Position numbers and translations under genes: made by a program. DNA of 64,000 nucleotides from Sminthopsis crassicaudata (taxonomy: Eukaryota), in the NCBI RefSeq assembly GCF_048593235.1, contig NC_133619.1:543643644-543707643 (forward strand), given 5' to 3'. Below are positions 37,433 through 51,575 of the stretch, in pieces. Numbering within the stretch: position 1 is the stretch's first letter; each line of letters opens with the position of its first letter. The notes beneath the pieces are model-generated. The model was not told the origin of the DNA. It saw nothing but the letters and a program-made list of their open reading frames with translations, and searched no databases.

Positions 37433-37900
37433 ATATAATATAGCATAATATGATATAATATATGCCATGGCATGATATACTGTGACATGATGTGATAATG
37501 CCTTGCATAACCAAACAGAACAGGGCATAGCAAAACAAAGCAACTTACAACAACATAATACAACACAACATAATAATTTGAAATTAATATTATTGTGTAG
37601 ACATACTGGCACTAATATGAGTAGAAATAAAGTGTAATAATAATATTATGTTATTTCTATAATGGGTAGTGAAATACTATAACATAATATAGTGTACCCT
37701 ATAATTTATATTATACACAAATATAATGTGTTATAAGATGATATACACTCATATACCTATTAATGATATTAAAATTAGGAAAATATATAATATGTGATAA
37801 TATATCATATTGTAATATATAATAGCTTAGGTCATATAATCTTTTTTTACCAACTTTAATTATTATATTATCATTTGAATAATTTAATTCCACAAAATAA
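37433..37900. repeat. AT-rich low-complexity block with a degenerate pentamer array at 37433-37576
   Basis: 5-bp periodicity (TATAA/CATGA/CAAAA/CACAA) followed by very AT-rich sequence. Confidence 0.7.
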
Positions 37901-38069
37901 TTTCTTTTTCTAGAATTCTGTCTCCATATCTCCTTTATCTATTTTTATTTATCTTGAAGTTTGTTCATGCTTTACTTAGACATTAAGACAAACTCTCAAA
38001 AATGTTTTATCCCAATTTTATAGGTGAAAAAGACTGAGTACTTGGTAGCCTGTGATTGGTACACTCCTT

Positions 38070-40290
38070 TATTTAAAAAAATAAATTTTATTGACATTTT
38101 CCATTTCTTATACCACAATAGTTATCTTAGATATCTCTTAATCTTCCCTTCTCAGAGAACCATCCCACATGATAAATAATATTTTTTATAGAGGGAGACA
38201 ATAAGTCCAAAAGATCAGTTCATTGACATATTCTAAAACATGCAGTATTAACACCTATGTACCACCCACCTCCATGAAAGAGGTAGTTGGAATTGTTTTC
38301 TCTTATTCCTTTATTCAAGTTTTTTATATAATTGTATTACATTAACTTTTAATTTTTTGTTGGTATATAGAGTTCTTTCCATTTACACAGTTATTTATAA
38401 TATGTATATTGTCTTCCTGGCTCTTACTTTACATCAGTTAATTAAATATCTTCAAGAGTTCCTATATCTATGACATATTATTTCTGTAATTTTCCATTAC
38501 GACTATGTACCAAAATTTGTTTTGATATTCCCTAATTGATGGACATCTCTTTTGTTTGTAATTTCTAGCCATCACAAAAAAGTGCTGCTATAAATATTTC
38601 TTCTTATTAATAACTTTCTAGGGGTATAAGCCCATTAATGGAGTCTTTGGTTCAAAGGATATGGATATTTTAATCACTTCATTTGCATAATTCCAAAATG
38701 TTGTATTATTTCACAGCTTTGCTAGTTAATCCCTCCAATCTTGAATATTGGCATTTTTTGGCATTTTTATTCATTTGCAAGATATAAAGTGAAACCTCAC
38801 AATTATATTTTTCTTATTATTTATTATTTTATAGTTTCCCTGAAGAGGGCAAAGGCAAACCATTCCAGTGTCTTTGTCAAGAAAACTCAATATGTTGTCA
38901 TGAAGACTTAGATACTACTGAACAACAGCAAAATTTCTTATTTCTTAAATTTTCTCAATAGACTATCTTTTATATCATAATTTTTTGTTTTAATAGTTAA
39001 CATAATGTTTTTAATGTTAATATTTGCTTCTTTACTTCTTGATCACCTTCATTTTTTATATTTACATTAGTCTATTGTTCTCTCTTGTGTTTCTTTGGTG
39101 ACACTTGACATCATAGACTCCAGTTTTTTAGTTCTAGCCATTATTTTTGCTATGGAAGTCATAAATTCTTCCCCTGTAACTTTCATTTCACTGTGGAACC
39201 ACTCAGGAACAGAATATTATGGATCCCTGTTCTCATATTCCATTGGGTCATCTGTCTCATCAAATGCTGAATCATTTTCTTTTATTTTGCAGCATTTATT
39301 CATAGTTTCTGAATTCATTTATTAGATCTGGAGGTCATTTACTTCTGCTGTTAATGTTTTCCCTAGAAGTGTTTTATCTGCTTATGTTCAAGATCTTGGA
39401 GTTTTCCTCTTTCTAAAATCTTTGGAAATTTCAGGCTTTTTTCCTCCTAATTTTCTTCTATTTTACATTTTGACTTTGGCTCATGGTGGTTTCCTTAAAA
39501 TATTTCAGTCTCCTTCCATATTGAAAACTTAATAGTTTATCAGTCTAATTGTCTTTTACATGGTCACTACTGGTCCCAACTGAATTCTGCCCTCTTTTCC
39601 TCAGAATTAGTGGAATGCTAAACACACACATACAATGTCCTGGACTGGTATTGTCTCATTCTATCTAGAAAGTTCAGAGAGTTCTCAAGCTTGTGATGAC
39701 ACCAGTAGAAAAACCCTACTGCTCCTATCAGTTTGTTTCTCCCCAAACTGGCCATTTGGAACTTTGCCACATGATGCAATGGGGTTATTAGACTCATCAT
39801 TGGGAATTCAGACCTTTGCATTACTAGTGCTATTTTATTTTATTATAGTGCCCAGAAGGCTTTTTGCTCCTGAAGGTCAGCTGTGTGCTATTTTGGCTAT
39901 CTGTTCCTGCCTTAGCAAACTTTTACAGCTTGAATTTGGGGTCTCTGAGGCACTAGAAATAAGGAGAGGAGACTGGAGTATGAGGTTAGGTTTATTGTAA
40001 CTCTGTATCTATGTGTTGGATTTTTTTTATCTGCTAGTGTAACTTTTCTGCCAGTAGTGTGGAAGGTTAAAGAGGGATGCAGAGTCAATGTATTAGTTGA
40101 CATTTTGTTTTCTTTAATATTCTTTTGGATTCTGGTTATCTTAGACCATGGATATAGACCAAATGACACTGATGGATCTTTGGCATGTAATTTCTGTTTT
40201 GGATTGATTTAGGAGTCATAGGAATAGGAGTAATTGTCTAATCTTCTGTTTTGCTTCTCATGTGGCCTAGAAGTCTCAATATTCCTTCTC
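38070..40290 (-). mobile_element. Old fragmented L1 (3'UTR, ORF1 and 5' region pieces) with a Mar1-like tail fragment at about 38835-38930
   Basis: Reverse L1 3'UTR at 38070-38800 and degenerate ORF1/5' region at 39050-40290. Heavily diverged. Confidence 0.6.
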
Positions 40291-40922
40291 TTTTTTTTAA
40301 GTGACAGTGAGGCTAGCATATGCCTATTATCGAGAAATTCCCAAGCTGCAGAAACTATCATTCTCATTGGAAAACAGGAGGGGAAAGCTGACAGGAAGAA
40401 AGCAAATTAAGTCAAAGATCAGAAAGATCTATAGGCAGAGGTGGTTCCAAATAAGTTATTCAGAGTTCAAAGCCAAAGAGAAAGCAAAAAAAGTAGATAG
40501 TTGAAATGAAAGGAATATATTCCCAAGTATTTCTGAAAAACAAATGACATGCCTACAAAGACAGTTAATACTTTGTCCAAACTCCAACTCCTTCTTATAT
40601 TATTTTGTCTTATATTTCAAATATGGAAACTGTAGCCATCCTGGCTAAGTCCTAGGTCAATACATAGATCAATGATATTATATCATTTTCAAAAAAGTTT
40701 GCATTGTGTCCAATGTATTTAAAAGAAGAAATATAAGTGATTTTAAAAGCTTTGTGGAGAAAAATGTTCAAAATCTCTCATCAGAGAAATTGAAATTAAA
40801 ATAACTCTATGATTATACCCAATATCCATCAAATTAGGAAAGATAATAAAAAGTTGGGAGAGGGGCTAGCAAGTGGATAGACTAGAAAATGGATAGAGGC
40901 TATGAATAAAGATTTGGGTTTA

Positions 40923-41440
40923 GATCAGCAGAATGATTTCAGAGAGGCCTCGAGAGACTTAGAAGAACTGATGCCAAATGAAATGAGCAGAACCAGTACA
41001 GAGCAACAACTAGATTACACGGTGATCAATTCTGATGGATGTGGCTCTTTTCAACAATGAGGTGGTTCAGATCAGTTCCGATGATCTTGTGATGAACTGA
41101 GCCATCTATACCCAGAGAGAGGACTGTGGGAACAGAGTGTGGATCACAATGTAACATTTTCACTCTTTTTCTTGTTGTTTGCTTGCATTTTATCCTTTCT
41201 CATTTTTTTCCTTCTTGATCTGATTTTTCTTGTGCAGCAAGATAATTTTATAAATATGTATGCACATATTGGATTTAACATATATTTTACCATGTTTAAC
41301 ATATATTGGATTACTTGCCATCTAGGGGAAAGGATAAATGGAAGGGGAAAATTGGAAAATAAGGTTTTGCAGGGGTAAATGTTGAAAAATTATCCCTGCA
41401 TATGTTTTGAAAATAAAAAAGCTTTAATAATTAAAAAAAA
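40923..41440 (+). mobile_element. 5'-truncated L1 3' end with 15-bp TSD, inserted into a CORE-SINE (40862-40922 and 41441-41625)
   Basis: AAAGATTTGGGTTTA at 40908-40922 and 41441-41455, with a poly(A) tail. The host SINE continues CTCTAAGACAATAAATTGCAGAGCAGGTGCTG. Confidence 0.9.
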
Positions 41441-43919
41441 AAAGATTTGGGTTTAAGTTCTGCTTGTGAAACATGATTGCTGCCCAAGTTTGTGCAAGCT
41501 GCTCAATTTCTCAATGCCCCAGTCTGCACTCTAAGACAATAAATTGCAGAGCAGGTGCTGATTTGCTTTAATTGAGGCAATTTCCTCACCAGGAATTCCC
41601 TTTGCCAATTAAATCAGAGATTTAATCCTCAAAAATTAAATGAACAAATAAAAGAGAACAAAATTCAATGCAAATGCAATTGCAGTAAAAACAGGCAAAC
41701 TATTACCCTGTTGGAAGACTTCTGAATTGGGTGTGTGTGTGCGTATGTGCACATGTCTTTGCATGTTTGGAATGCATTTTGGAATAATTCCATAAGAGTT
41801 ACTAAAAATATGCAAATCAACATTTTCACTACTGCAGCTATACTGCAAGAGGCAAGAGAAAAAAATGTATATGTATGCAACACCATTATCAAGTGGACTT
41901 GGGCAATTCCCTAAAGAATAAACCTATGACAACAAGTGTTTTGTATGCAAGAGGAGGGGGAAATATGTGATTTTGGATGGGCAGAGAGACTGAAAATGCG
42001 AGGGGAAAAAAAAGGAGGAAGACTTATCAAGAGATAAGATAGAAGCATTTAATGATGGATAGCATCTTCAAAATTATAGGCATGTGGGAAATATAGGTAC
42101 TCTAATGCTTGCTTCTCCGTGCTTATGCCTCCAGAGACTAAAAGCAGACTACCTTTGATTCCCCATGCTTATGCCTCCAGAGACTGAGTTTACTAACCAG
42201 CTGAGATCATTTTCTCCTTGACTGAGCTAAGATTTCATTACTCTTAGTAACATAGAGCTTTCTGACATATGTTTTATCATTCAACCTAATCATATATAAT
42301 TTTCATGTTTATTGTTTCAATAAATAATTGGTCACTATTTAGCAAAGATCAATATTTGATCTTTTGTTTGATAAATTCTGTGGATTTACAGGCTAATTTT
42401 TCCCCTTATGATCTAGATCTGCTTCCCTCTTAGAAGACCAAGGAAAGGCAATTGGCTCCTCATCCCCAGGAGAAAAGAGAATTGTACCTTTAGACTGTAA
42501 ATAACTGATATGTAAAAGATATAATTTTAGCTCAATGTCCTTCTTGGAGATAGAAAAGTACAGCACACAGCCATGGCCATCCTTCTGCTTCTCACAGAAG
42601 TGAAAAATCACCATCTCCCCAGACATGGGGTAGGCCAGATCCAAGATCATATATATCAATTAAATCCCTCTGATATGGGCTACTTTGGGAGAATCAGTTT
42701 AAAACTTTGACATGCATCTTTCTAAGATAGTTGTCTTTATTAAAGGAACAAAATCTTTCCAAGCAGCCCTGTTTATAATAAGGGAAAAAATTGGAAGGAA
42801 ATAATATTCCCTTTGATTGGAGAAAAAGTAAACAAATTGTGACATACAAATAAAATTAAATATTATTATACCATAATATTTTAAAATAGGAAAGTTTCTA
42901 TAAACTGATGTAGAAGGTTAAAGTAAAAACAAAAGAGTAATATACACATGATCACAATTATGTTATTTAAAGCAAGATTAATCAAAACTAATCAATGTCA
43001 CATACAAACCTACATATGGAAACACACATAGTAAAAAAGGAAACATAATAATTATTCGAATATTCAAGATGCAGAATGGAAGACTATCACTATCAAAATA
43101 ATTTTTGATACTGTTTTGAACTATTTCTACTCTGAATACATTTAGAAACAAAATTAAAATGTGCAATTAAAATTAACATTTGAGCTGTTAGAATTGCATT
43201 AAAAACAAGCTTGTTTTCTGAAACAAAGGGTTTGTTTGGCAGATATTTTGTCAGCAATAGGATTGGGAATCCCAACCAATTTCCTTGAAACCAAACTCAA
43301 AATAGCATGTGGTCAATCCCTCAGTATTCCCTAATCACCTAACTCCTCTTGAGAAACACAAAGATTTTATTAGTGATAATATTCCTTTCATCTATACATA
43401 TTATTATACCCTCATTCCTAAGTACACAAAGTCATGAGATACTATGAGGGGAGGGGAAAAGAGAGAAATCATCTGGTAATGAGCCTATTTTAACTTGGCA
43501 AGATTGATCCTTGGGTATTAGTCTCTTTGACAAAGACTCTACTTAATGCCTTTCTTGCTAAAATTCTAGTGAATATTGCCAAAGCATGAAATACAGTAGA
43601 TAGCCTTCAAATGCACAAGGTCACTTTCCTATCCTAGTGAGATATTTTCAAACAAACAATATGCTAAATATATACTGCTATGCAATATGTACTCTGCTCC
43701 CCAACTTTTGTCACATTTGTGATTCCATTGACATAGAGAACTCCTGGTAAGGAAACAATATAAAGTGATAGTTGTCTCAAAATTTGTGATCAGAGAAAAT
43801 TGCAGGGAACACTGAGAGGTTAAAGACTAGCTCTGAGTAGTACAGTAGTGTATGTTAGTAAGCAATACTTGACCCCCCATTTCCTGTTTGAGTGAAGCCA
43901 ATAAAGTTTTGACTCTTTA

Positions 43920-44400
43920 GCCAGTTCTACTATATGTTCCTTTATCTAGCTAGCCCCAAATATGATCATGCTTTACACTGGCCACTTTCTTGCTGTCTGC
44001 CCTAATGCTGATACATCCTTCAAACAAACATTCAGATATCATGTCATGGAGGACCTAACTTACTAAGCTTTGGAATTTTCACCTTGGGACTGTGCTCTCC
44101 TGATTAGTGATCAATTCTATCAATTAGTAGCCTTTGACTTGATCAAACTTCAACCCAGCCATTCTCTTGTCACTTTCCTGGCCATCATACTCTTTTCTAC
44201 CTCTTGTTCTAAGATAGTGATCAAATCAATATTGCCATTACTTCTGGAAATAATATGCCAATCAAACTATCTTATTGCTTCAGTTACTATTCCTGTGACT
44301 TCTCAAACCAAAACAGTTTTCTCTATCTACTTCTCTTCTATTTTCTTTATCTCTTCCTATTGAAATATAAGGGCCTCAAAGACAAGGATTATTTCACTTT
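43920..44400 (+). mobile_element. L2 3' region
   Basis: Pyrimidine-rich body ending GGGCCTCAAAGACAAGGATTATTTCAC; the tail resumes near 44670-44730. Confidence 0.55.
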
Positions 44401-44402
44401 TA

Positions 44403-44645
44403 AGGACAGCTAGGTGGAGTAGTGGATAGATTACTAGATTTAGAATCAGGAAGACTCATCTTACTGAATTTCAATCTCACCTCATATTCTTACTGGATGT
44501 TTGACAGATCATTTAACTCTGTTTGCCTCAGTTTATTCATTTGTAAAATGAGTTGGAAAAGGAAATGGCAAACCACCACAATATCTTTGCCAATAAAATC
44601 CCAAATTGGGGTCATGAGAAGTCAGACATGACTAAAAAATAAATA
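44403..44645 (+). mobile_element. Mar1-like CORE-SINE
   Basis: AGGACAGCTAGGTGGAGTAGTGGATAGA head, CORE, GGAAATGGCAAACCAC...GGGGTCATGAGAAGTCAGACATGACT tail. Confidence 0.85.
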
Positions 44646-45799
44646 TAAATGTCACTTATGTATTTATAACTTCAGAGTTTAATTTAGTACCTAGCAAATA
44701 GTAAGTATTTAATAAATGTTTTTCATCCATTCAAGATCTATTTTGTCAAAATCCATCTCTCTATCTACTATACCTCTCTTCTTAGCACTGGGGATACAAA
44801 TGTAAAAGACAAATTAGAATTTGGACAATTTTATTATTAGAAAGGGGGAAAATAAACTATGAGAAAAACACTGAGAAAGCAGCCAAAAGACAGAAGCATC
44901 CAAAAATAGTAAAGTGTCCTATTTCCCAGTAACTAATTTACATGTGATTCACATAAGGACCTTAAGGTTCATGGTTGGGAAAAGCAAATACCTAGAACTA
45001 TTTGGTGCCTATTGGACAATGTATATACCTAGATACTGCTTGGCTGACAGAAACATGATTTTGATTTCTCACTAGGAGGTAGAGGTTAGTTTTATCACAT
45101 GAGACTGCCTCAAATCTGTGTGGCTAATCCAGACCATACCTCTAAGCGGATCAGAACAGAATACAGAAATGGCCTGAAAAGATTCCCAAGAGCACAAATC
45201 AGGTGAAATATCTGACTGGGACTGGTAACAGACCTTACTAACTTCTGTTACTGTTGAAGAGGAGATTGGAAGAAGACAAGTTTGCCTTTGTTTTTTTCCT
45301 ACACTGACAACCCACTGCCTGATAGATGGAAACCCCTCAGAGTCTAGCCACAAGAGCCAGATCCTAAGTATAGGGTTTTTGCCTTTGCCAAAAGAACTAA
45401 ATGCTCCTCCAACATTCTAAAAAAAATCATTAGCAGAGAAATTAGTCAACTAGTTTGTATTAAGTATCTACTATATACCAAGTGGCCCCCATCTTACATG
45501 AGAGGATGGTCTAGAGAGGAATCTGCCAAGCTTATTAACAGATTGTCCTGCAGATTGTTCCTGAGGTAAATGTCATCAAAGGAGTAGCTCCAAGCACATA
45601 AACCTCCTTGCACTGTTTATTTTTTTAATATGTCCATTTACTTTGAGATATTGCCTGCATTTGTGAGAGTATATAAGAGTAGAATATTCTTATATTATTT
45701 TTAATTGCATCATCCTGGGTAAATTTAAAGAATTTCCTGGGGCATAATAAGGTTAAGAGATTTTGCTTGTGGTTATGTAGCTAGTATATGTGAAAGGTC

Positions 45800-46040
45800 A
45801 GACAATAATAACAATAATATTAAATATTTATATAAATCTTAAGATTTGAAAAGTACTTTAAATATATTATCTTTTTTATGCTCACAAGAAGTCTATGAGG
45901 TGAATTCTGCTCTTACCCACATTTTACAGATGAGATAACTGAGAGTGAGATATTGAGTTGCTTATCAAGGGTCATCAAACTAATTAGTATCTGAAGGTGG
46001 TTTTGAACTTAGATCTTTCTAATTCCTTTTCTGGTACTCT
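45800..46040 (-). mobile_element. MIR
   Basis: CCCACATTTTACAGATGAGATAACTGAG is the reverse CORE. Confidence 0.8.
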
Positions 46041-47359
46041 ATTTAACAAATCAACTAGTTTTCTGTTATGAATCCTCTAATTATTTGAAATTAAAATATG
46101 AATTTAAAATAGGGATAATCATGTTAAGTATCCTTAATATACTAATAAAATACTAACTATACTCAATACTAATGGAGGAAAGGGAGAAGTAGAGACTTCC
46201 TTTCCCTAAATACATGCTCTGGTGAGCAAAAAATTCATAAAATCCACAGCCTGCCTGAAGGCAATAATAAAATAAAATAAAAATACCAGTAAGACCTCAT
46301 TATAGCCATTCCAACCATTCAAGCCTGATTTCATGGAATGAAAATGCAACATTATAGGCTCACCAGGACAATTGAAAATGCTGCTCTTTTTAATTTCACT
46401 TAATGCTGTTCTATTTCAAAAATTAGAATTGCTGATTGATTCATCATGCTGATTGGCACAATTTGTCATGGGAAGAATGCATTGTTTCTGTGCAAAACTG
46501 CCCAAAACTCCATAGCCTTGGTAAGGAATAAGGTTTATGTAAGCTTGGATAAGTTCTAAAATAACAAAGGAAAACTGGTTCTTTAGTCCCCTAAATCTTC
46601 TATTACTCTTCTTTAGTGCTGAATATTGGATATATCTGTGATGTTTCTAGACATCAACAACATAACTGTCACATTTATTGGGTAGACTTATCTGTTTTAT
46701 TATATTTGAAATGGATTTCTGGAGAAATTACACCATTTTGACATATTGCAATTTTTTCTGCACTGTCTACAAATCTGGTACATGGGAATAAGAGTTGGCT
46801 ATCATTGGAAAGTAACTCATCTCTATCCATGCTGACTAAGAAAATAAGCCCTTCCCACCCTCAAGAAAAAAAAAAAAAAAAAAAAAACAAACCCTACCAG
46901 AGCACAGAGATAGATCTTCAAATAAAGCTGTTAGGTAAAATTCTCACCCTGTCTGACAAAGTCTTGTATGCATACAACTAACATTTATGGGAGGGCAGCA
47001 AGTTTTTCTCCAAATAGTGATTTTATTCATGGTAAGAAAATGATTGTATGTTGATTCCCAACATCATATGAAACTTGTAAAGTTACTTAGGACTCAGCAG
47101 TGTCATTCCTGTAGACTCCTACCAACATTTTTTCTTCTGGTTCTCTGACAACCAAATGAGTTAAGAAGGGTGAGCAAATTGATTAATAACCAATAATTTG
47201 GGGAAACCCAGAGTTTCTCTTCCAAAGGCCTATAAACTGTGAGTCTACTACCATGATCATCTTTGGCACTCAAGAATGCCATTGATCTCTTTTATTAAGA
47301 AAAATGCTAGCATTATTAATAAATTAATTACTCAGAAACTATGTTTCTTGAACTTTTTA

Positions 47360-47620
47360 AATGTCCCAAGATCTTGTATGATTACTCCATTTATAGATGA
47401 GGAAGTTAAGGCTCAGAAAAATGAAGTGATTTGGCTATCTTTAATCATAGACAAGATATAGAAGAGAGGGACCTTAGATGTCATGTAGTCCAACCCCTTC
47501 AGTTTTCAAAAAAGCAAAGTGAGTCTCAGACTTGCTAAATGTGGGCACAATAGTAAGAATTTTAATTCAAGCCCTATGATCCCAGATCCAACAGCACTTC
47601 CACAATAGCATGCTACCATT
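47360..47620 (-). mobile_element. MIR3-like CORE-SINE fragments
   Basis: CCATTTATAGATGAGGAAGTTAAGGCTCAGA and GGGACCTTAGATGTCATGTAGTCCAACCCC. Confidence 0.7.
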
Positions 47621-47649
47621 AAAAAGGATTATTTTATTCTATTTCTAAA

Positions 47650-47781
47650 NNNNNNNNNNNNNNNNNNNNNNNNNNNNNNNNNNNNNNNNNNNNNNNNNNN
47701 NNNNNNNNNNNNNNNNNNNNNNNNNNNNNNNNNNNNNNNNNNNNNNNNNNNNNNNNNNNNNNNNNNNNNNNNNNNNNNNNN
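47650..47781. other. Assembly gap (N run)
   Basis: 132 N. Confidence 1.
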
Positions 47782-50700
47782 TGTCTAATATGAAATTTAA
47801 GTTCTTATGACTAAAATGTTTTTATTAAATTGAATCTTTACTCTTGGAAAGAGGCTTAGCTTGTCTTGCTTCAGGCATAAAACTACATTGAAAAGTAGAT
47901 TGTGTTAATTAAATTAAAGATTGAGTGGCAAACCACTCAAATATTTTTACCAAGAAAAAACTCCAAAAAAAATTGATGAAGAGGAGACACAATTAAAGAT
48001 TATTGAATAACAATAGATAGAAGCTCCAAAACTAGCACCCTGATCTTATAGCTAAAAATTCAATTCCTTCTCCACTATACTTAAATGCCCCAGTTCTACC
48101 AATCTGAACCCAAGTCTAACATGTCATCTATAATAAACTTTAACAATCATAACTAATAATGGCTTCTTTGAATTTAGGCATATTTTTTATGATTTAGATG
48201 CCTTAGAATTCAAGGAGATTTTAGCTGTTATCTTCTTTTTCTCCTAATGTATCTCCCTGCACCAAATAGATATGTGTACCATCTTTTTCTTAACTTTAGA
48301 GCTATCTCAAAGTACTGAAGGCCTAAGCTTCTTACTTGAGGCTGTTATTGGTGATTTCACAGTTCATTGAAAAGTCAAGGAAATAATTACTACATCATTA
48401 TCATGGACTTTTACAATTGAGCTTTGAAATTTTTCTTAGAAATTTAGGAAAAAGTGAATAAAGGTAAAAAGAATGCTAGTTTAAGTGTTAATGGGGGTAT
48501 GTTAGTAATCTATATACAAAATACAGACATACATATATAATAGCTTATATTATACTACCATATATTAAGCTTTAATAACTTATAATAAAATATGTATGCA
48601 TGTATTTATTTTCCAAAATGGTAGAAGGACACTTTATCATGTTCCTTCATCACTAAACATTGGCTAATTGACCTCATGGAATGCTTCTAGTGCAACAAGG
48701 TCTCACATAGTCCTCTTTTGCAGGCTTCTTAACTCAGAATTGTGAACTTTTTTTAAAAAGTTTTTTTTTATTTTTTTTATTTTCAAAACATATGTACAGA
48801 TAACTTTTTAATAAATATTTTCATATTAAACATATATTCCATATAATTTGTTTCCTTTGTAGGCCTATGTATTTTATTTTATGCATTTAAGAATATAATT
48901 CTAAAAAGAGGTCCATAGGTTTTTTAAGACTATCAAAAGAATTCATCACACAGAAATAATTAACAACCTCTGGATATATGAACTTCCTTACAACAGGACT
49001 CCAGTAGGCCATTCAGCATTCCATCCCTCATTGTGATAGCATATATTTTTTTTCAAAGAGCACCAGCCAGTCATAGATGGTGACTTATCATGTTCTTGTT
49101 CTATCCAGAACTCTATCTCTATTGGTCATTCTTCTTCCTTTCAGGTAAAATAATTTTGTTTCATGCATCCACATCTCAAATCATAGTTAAACAGAAGCAT
49201 CAGATATATGTATGAGTGCAATATTCCACTTATTTCTCTGACAACTCTCCAAGGAAAAGACCATCCCCTTAGGTCATCTAACCTAAGTATTGTTTCTCCT
49301 TGTTCAGACTCTCAACCAAGCTACTACAAGCATAGGAAACCAGGAGTTTAAATGCACAACAGGATGCAATAAAGTACTAGTAATTTCTGCTACCTTAATT
49401 AACATGAAAATAAAATTGCCCTTTCAGGCATCCTCTTTCTCGGTCGTGAATCATTTCTGGTCCTTACTAGGACTAGAACCGATATCTTGTGATATCTAGT
49501 CCAATGTTCTTTTCCCTGCATGATTTTTTAGTCATTTCCCCCTCAGTTTGGGAAAAATAGATTACCACTCTGACATTATCATCTTCTCAAGATCTGTCCA
49601 AGTCCCACATCTCAAATACTTCAAAAGTAATTACTTCCTCAATGTGCTACACACAGTTGTCTTACTTTTTGTGACAAATTTCCAAAGTAATTGATATTTT
49701 TCAACCAGATGGTTGTGTTGAACTCTGTTTGAGACCAGCATTAAGTGGCCAGTTCCACAAGGCCAAAATGCCTTTCTTGTTGAATCTACAGTAGAACTTC
49801 TCTCACACTTGAAAAGGAGCTTAGCTTTATATTGCTTTGGGCATCAAATAGGAAAAGGGTAAATTAAATCTGATGTATAAAACTACTCTGGTTTATAAGC
49901 TATTTTAGGCAGCATCATCAGCATTTTTTGCTGTACAAACTTTTTCTTAATCCTATTCAGTATAATTCTAAACATAGGGCATAAGCAGGGAAATTAGTGA
50001 AAAGAGACAAAAATGTGTGACCAGATCAGATAATAGAAAGGCCAAAAGAGACAGGTTCCTTCCAAAAACAAGAGTAAAAATTAAGCCCAGAATTTCCTCA
50101 TCTAAAATACAATGGAAACCCTACCCCTTATTAATGTACTCTGTGTCATTTCCAAATCTACTATTCTCTATTTGTTTTGATGCCTACCCACATTTATAAA
50201 AATGAATTGATGTTGGACCACATTGGTGAAGGTTAAATGAATAGATGAGGAGTTGCACAGCTGTTTACGGTTTTGGTTTATAGCTCTGGGACATCCCATT
50301 CTGGAGTCATTCCGTTCCAGTTCATTTTAACAGTAATTAGAAGTACCCCCATAACGAGGTGCTTGCTGTTGAAAACAACTTCATTAGTTTGGGTGATTTT
50401 ATTGGTTTCCTTTAGGGTGAGGAAGTGGTACTAATAGTTGTAATTTAATAGGGAAATCACTGAAGCAGGGAAGATTCCACGGCATCTTAAATGAGGCATT
50501 AGACAGAAGTTTCCGTTCCAAATAATGAAATATCAGAGAACAGCAGCTACCTAAGAAATTCTCCTATGAACACAAACAAGTTGGCATGAGCAAGCCATTT
50601 TGGTTAAATGCCTTAAATATTGCTTATATAAAGCTATTAGGAATCCTTACAGAAAAATACAAGTTGAATTAGCATAAATTAAAAATAAATTTGGCCATAT

Positions 50701-51359
50701 TAGGCAATGTTCCCAATACAATCTAAAATGAGGTAAAAATAAACAAATTTGACCTTTGGAAATTCTATTTTCTCTATAAATGACTAAAAGCCTGCTACTG
50801 ATTCTATCATTTTGTGGGTTTCATTCACTCCCTTCTTCCTTTACTCTTGTACACATCAATTTTTTTGTAAACAAATTTATCTTATCCCAAGAAAAATCCT
50901 ATAGAATCATAGAATGGTAACATCTAGTCCCTCATTTTACAGGTGAGGAAGTAAATGCCAGAGATAAAATGATTTCCAAAGACTACACAGAGAATTAGCG
51001 ATAGAACCTGGAACTAGAAACAAAGCTCCTAATCTCAACACTGTAACTACTAGATTAAGTTTTCATCAATATTTTCTATGTGTTCCCCTTTAAAAGTATA
51101 TTCTATTCCCCTAAGATTCTTTGCTCCTGACATTACTGCAATTACCATTTTAGAGATGACAAAAGCAAGAGATAGAAAAGTCATCAGAAACTTCACAGAA
51201 ACTTAAGAAATTTTCTGTTTCAGGTCTTCATTTCATGGGAAAGGGGTGAAATAAATTTCAGAGTAACTTCCCTAAGGGAAAATTAAAAACAATGAGCCAG
51301 TACATAGAAATAAGGAAGAATTTGACTCTGCTACTATCTGCCATGTTCATATCCCATTC

Positions 51360-51575
51360 AATGAATTGTGTTCGGCCTGTTCACCTCATACTAGAAAAGA
51401 TACTGATAAATTGGAGGAAATCTAGAAAAGGGAAATGAGGATGCCCATGTCATATAAGAACTGGACACAGGGTTTGAGATACCTATCATAAAGCAGAGAA
51501 GACTTAGGGAGGACATGATGATAGTATAATTTATGTATTGCATTATTGCCTTGTGGAAAAGGAATTAGATTTAGG
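51360..51575 (+). mobile_element. L3/CR1 3' fragment
   Basis: CACCTCATACTAGAAAAGATACTGATAAATTGGAG...GAGAAGACTTAGGGAGGACATGAT...GTGGAAAAGGAATTAGATTT. Confidence 0.7.
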
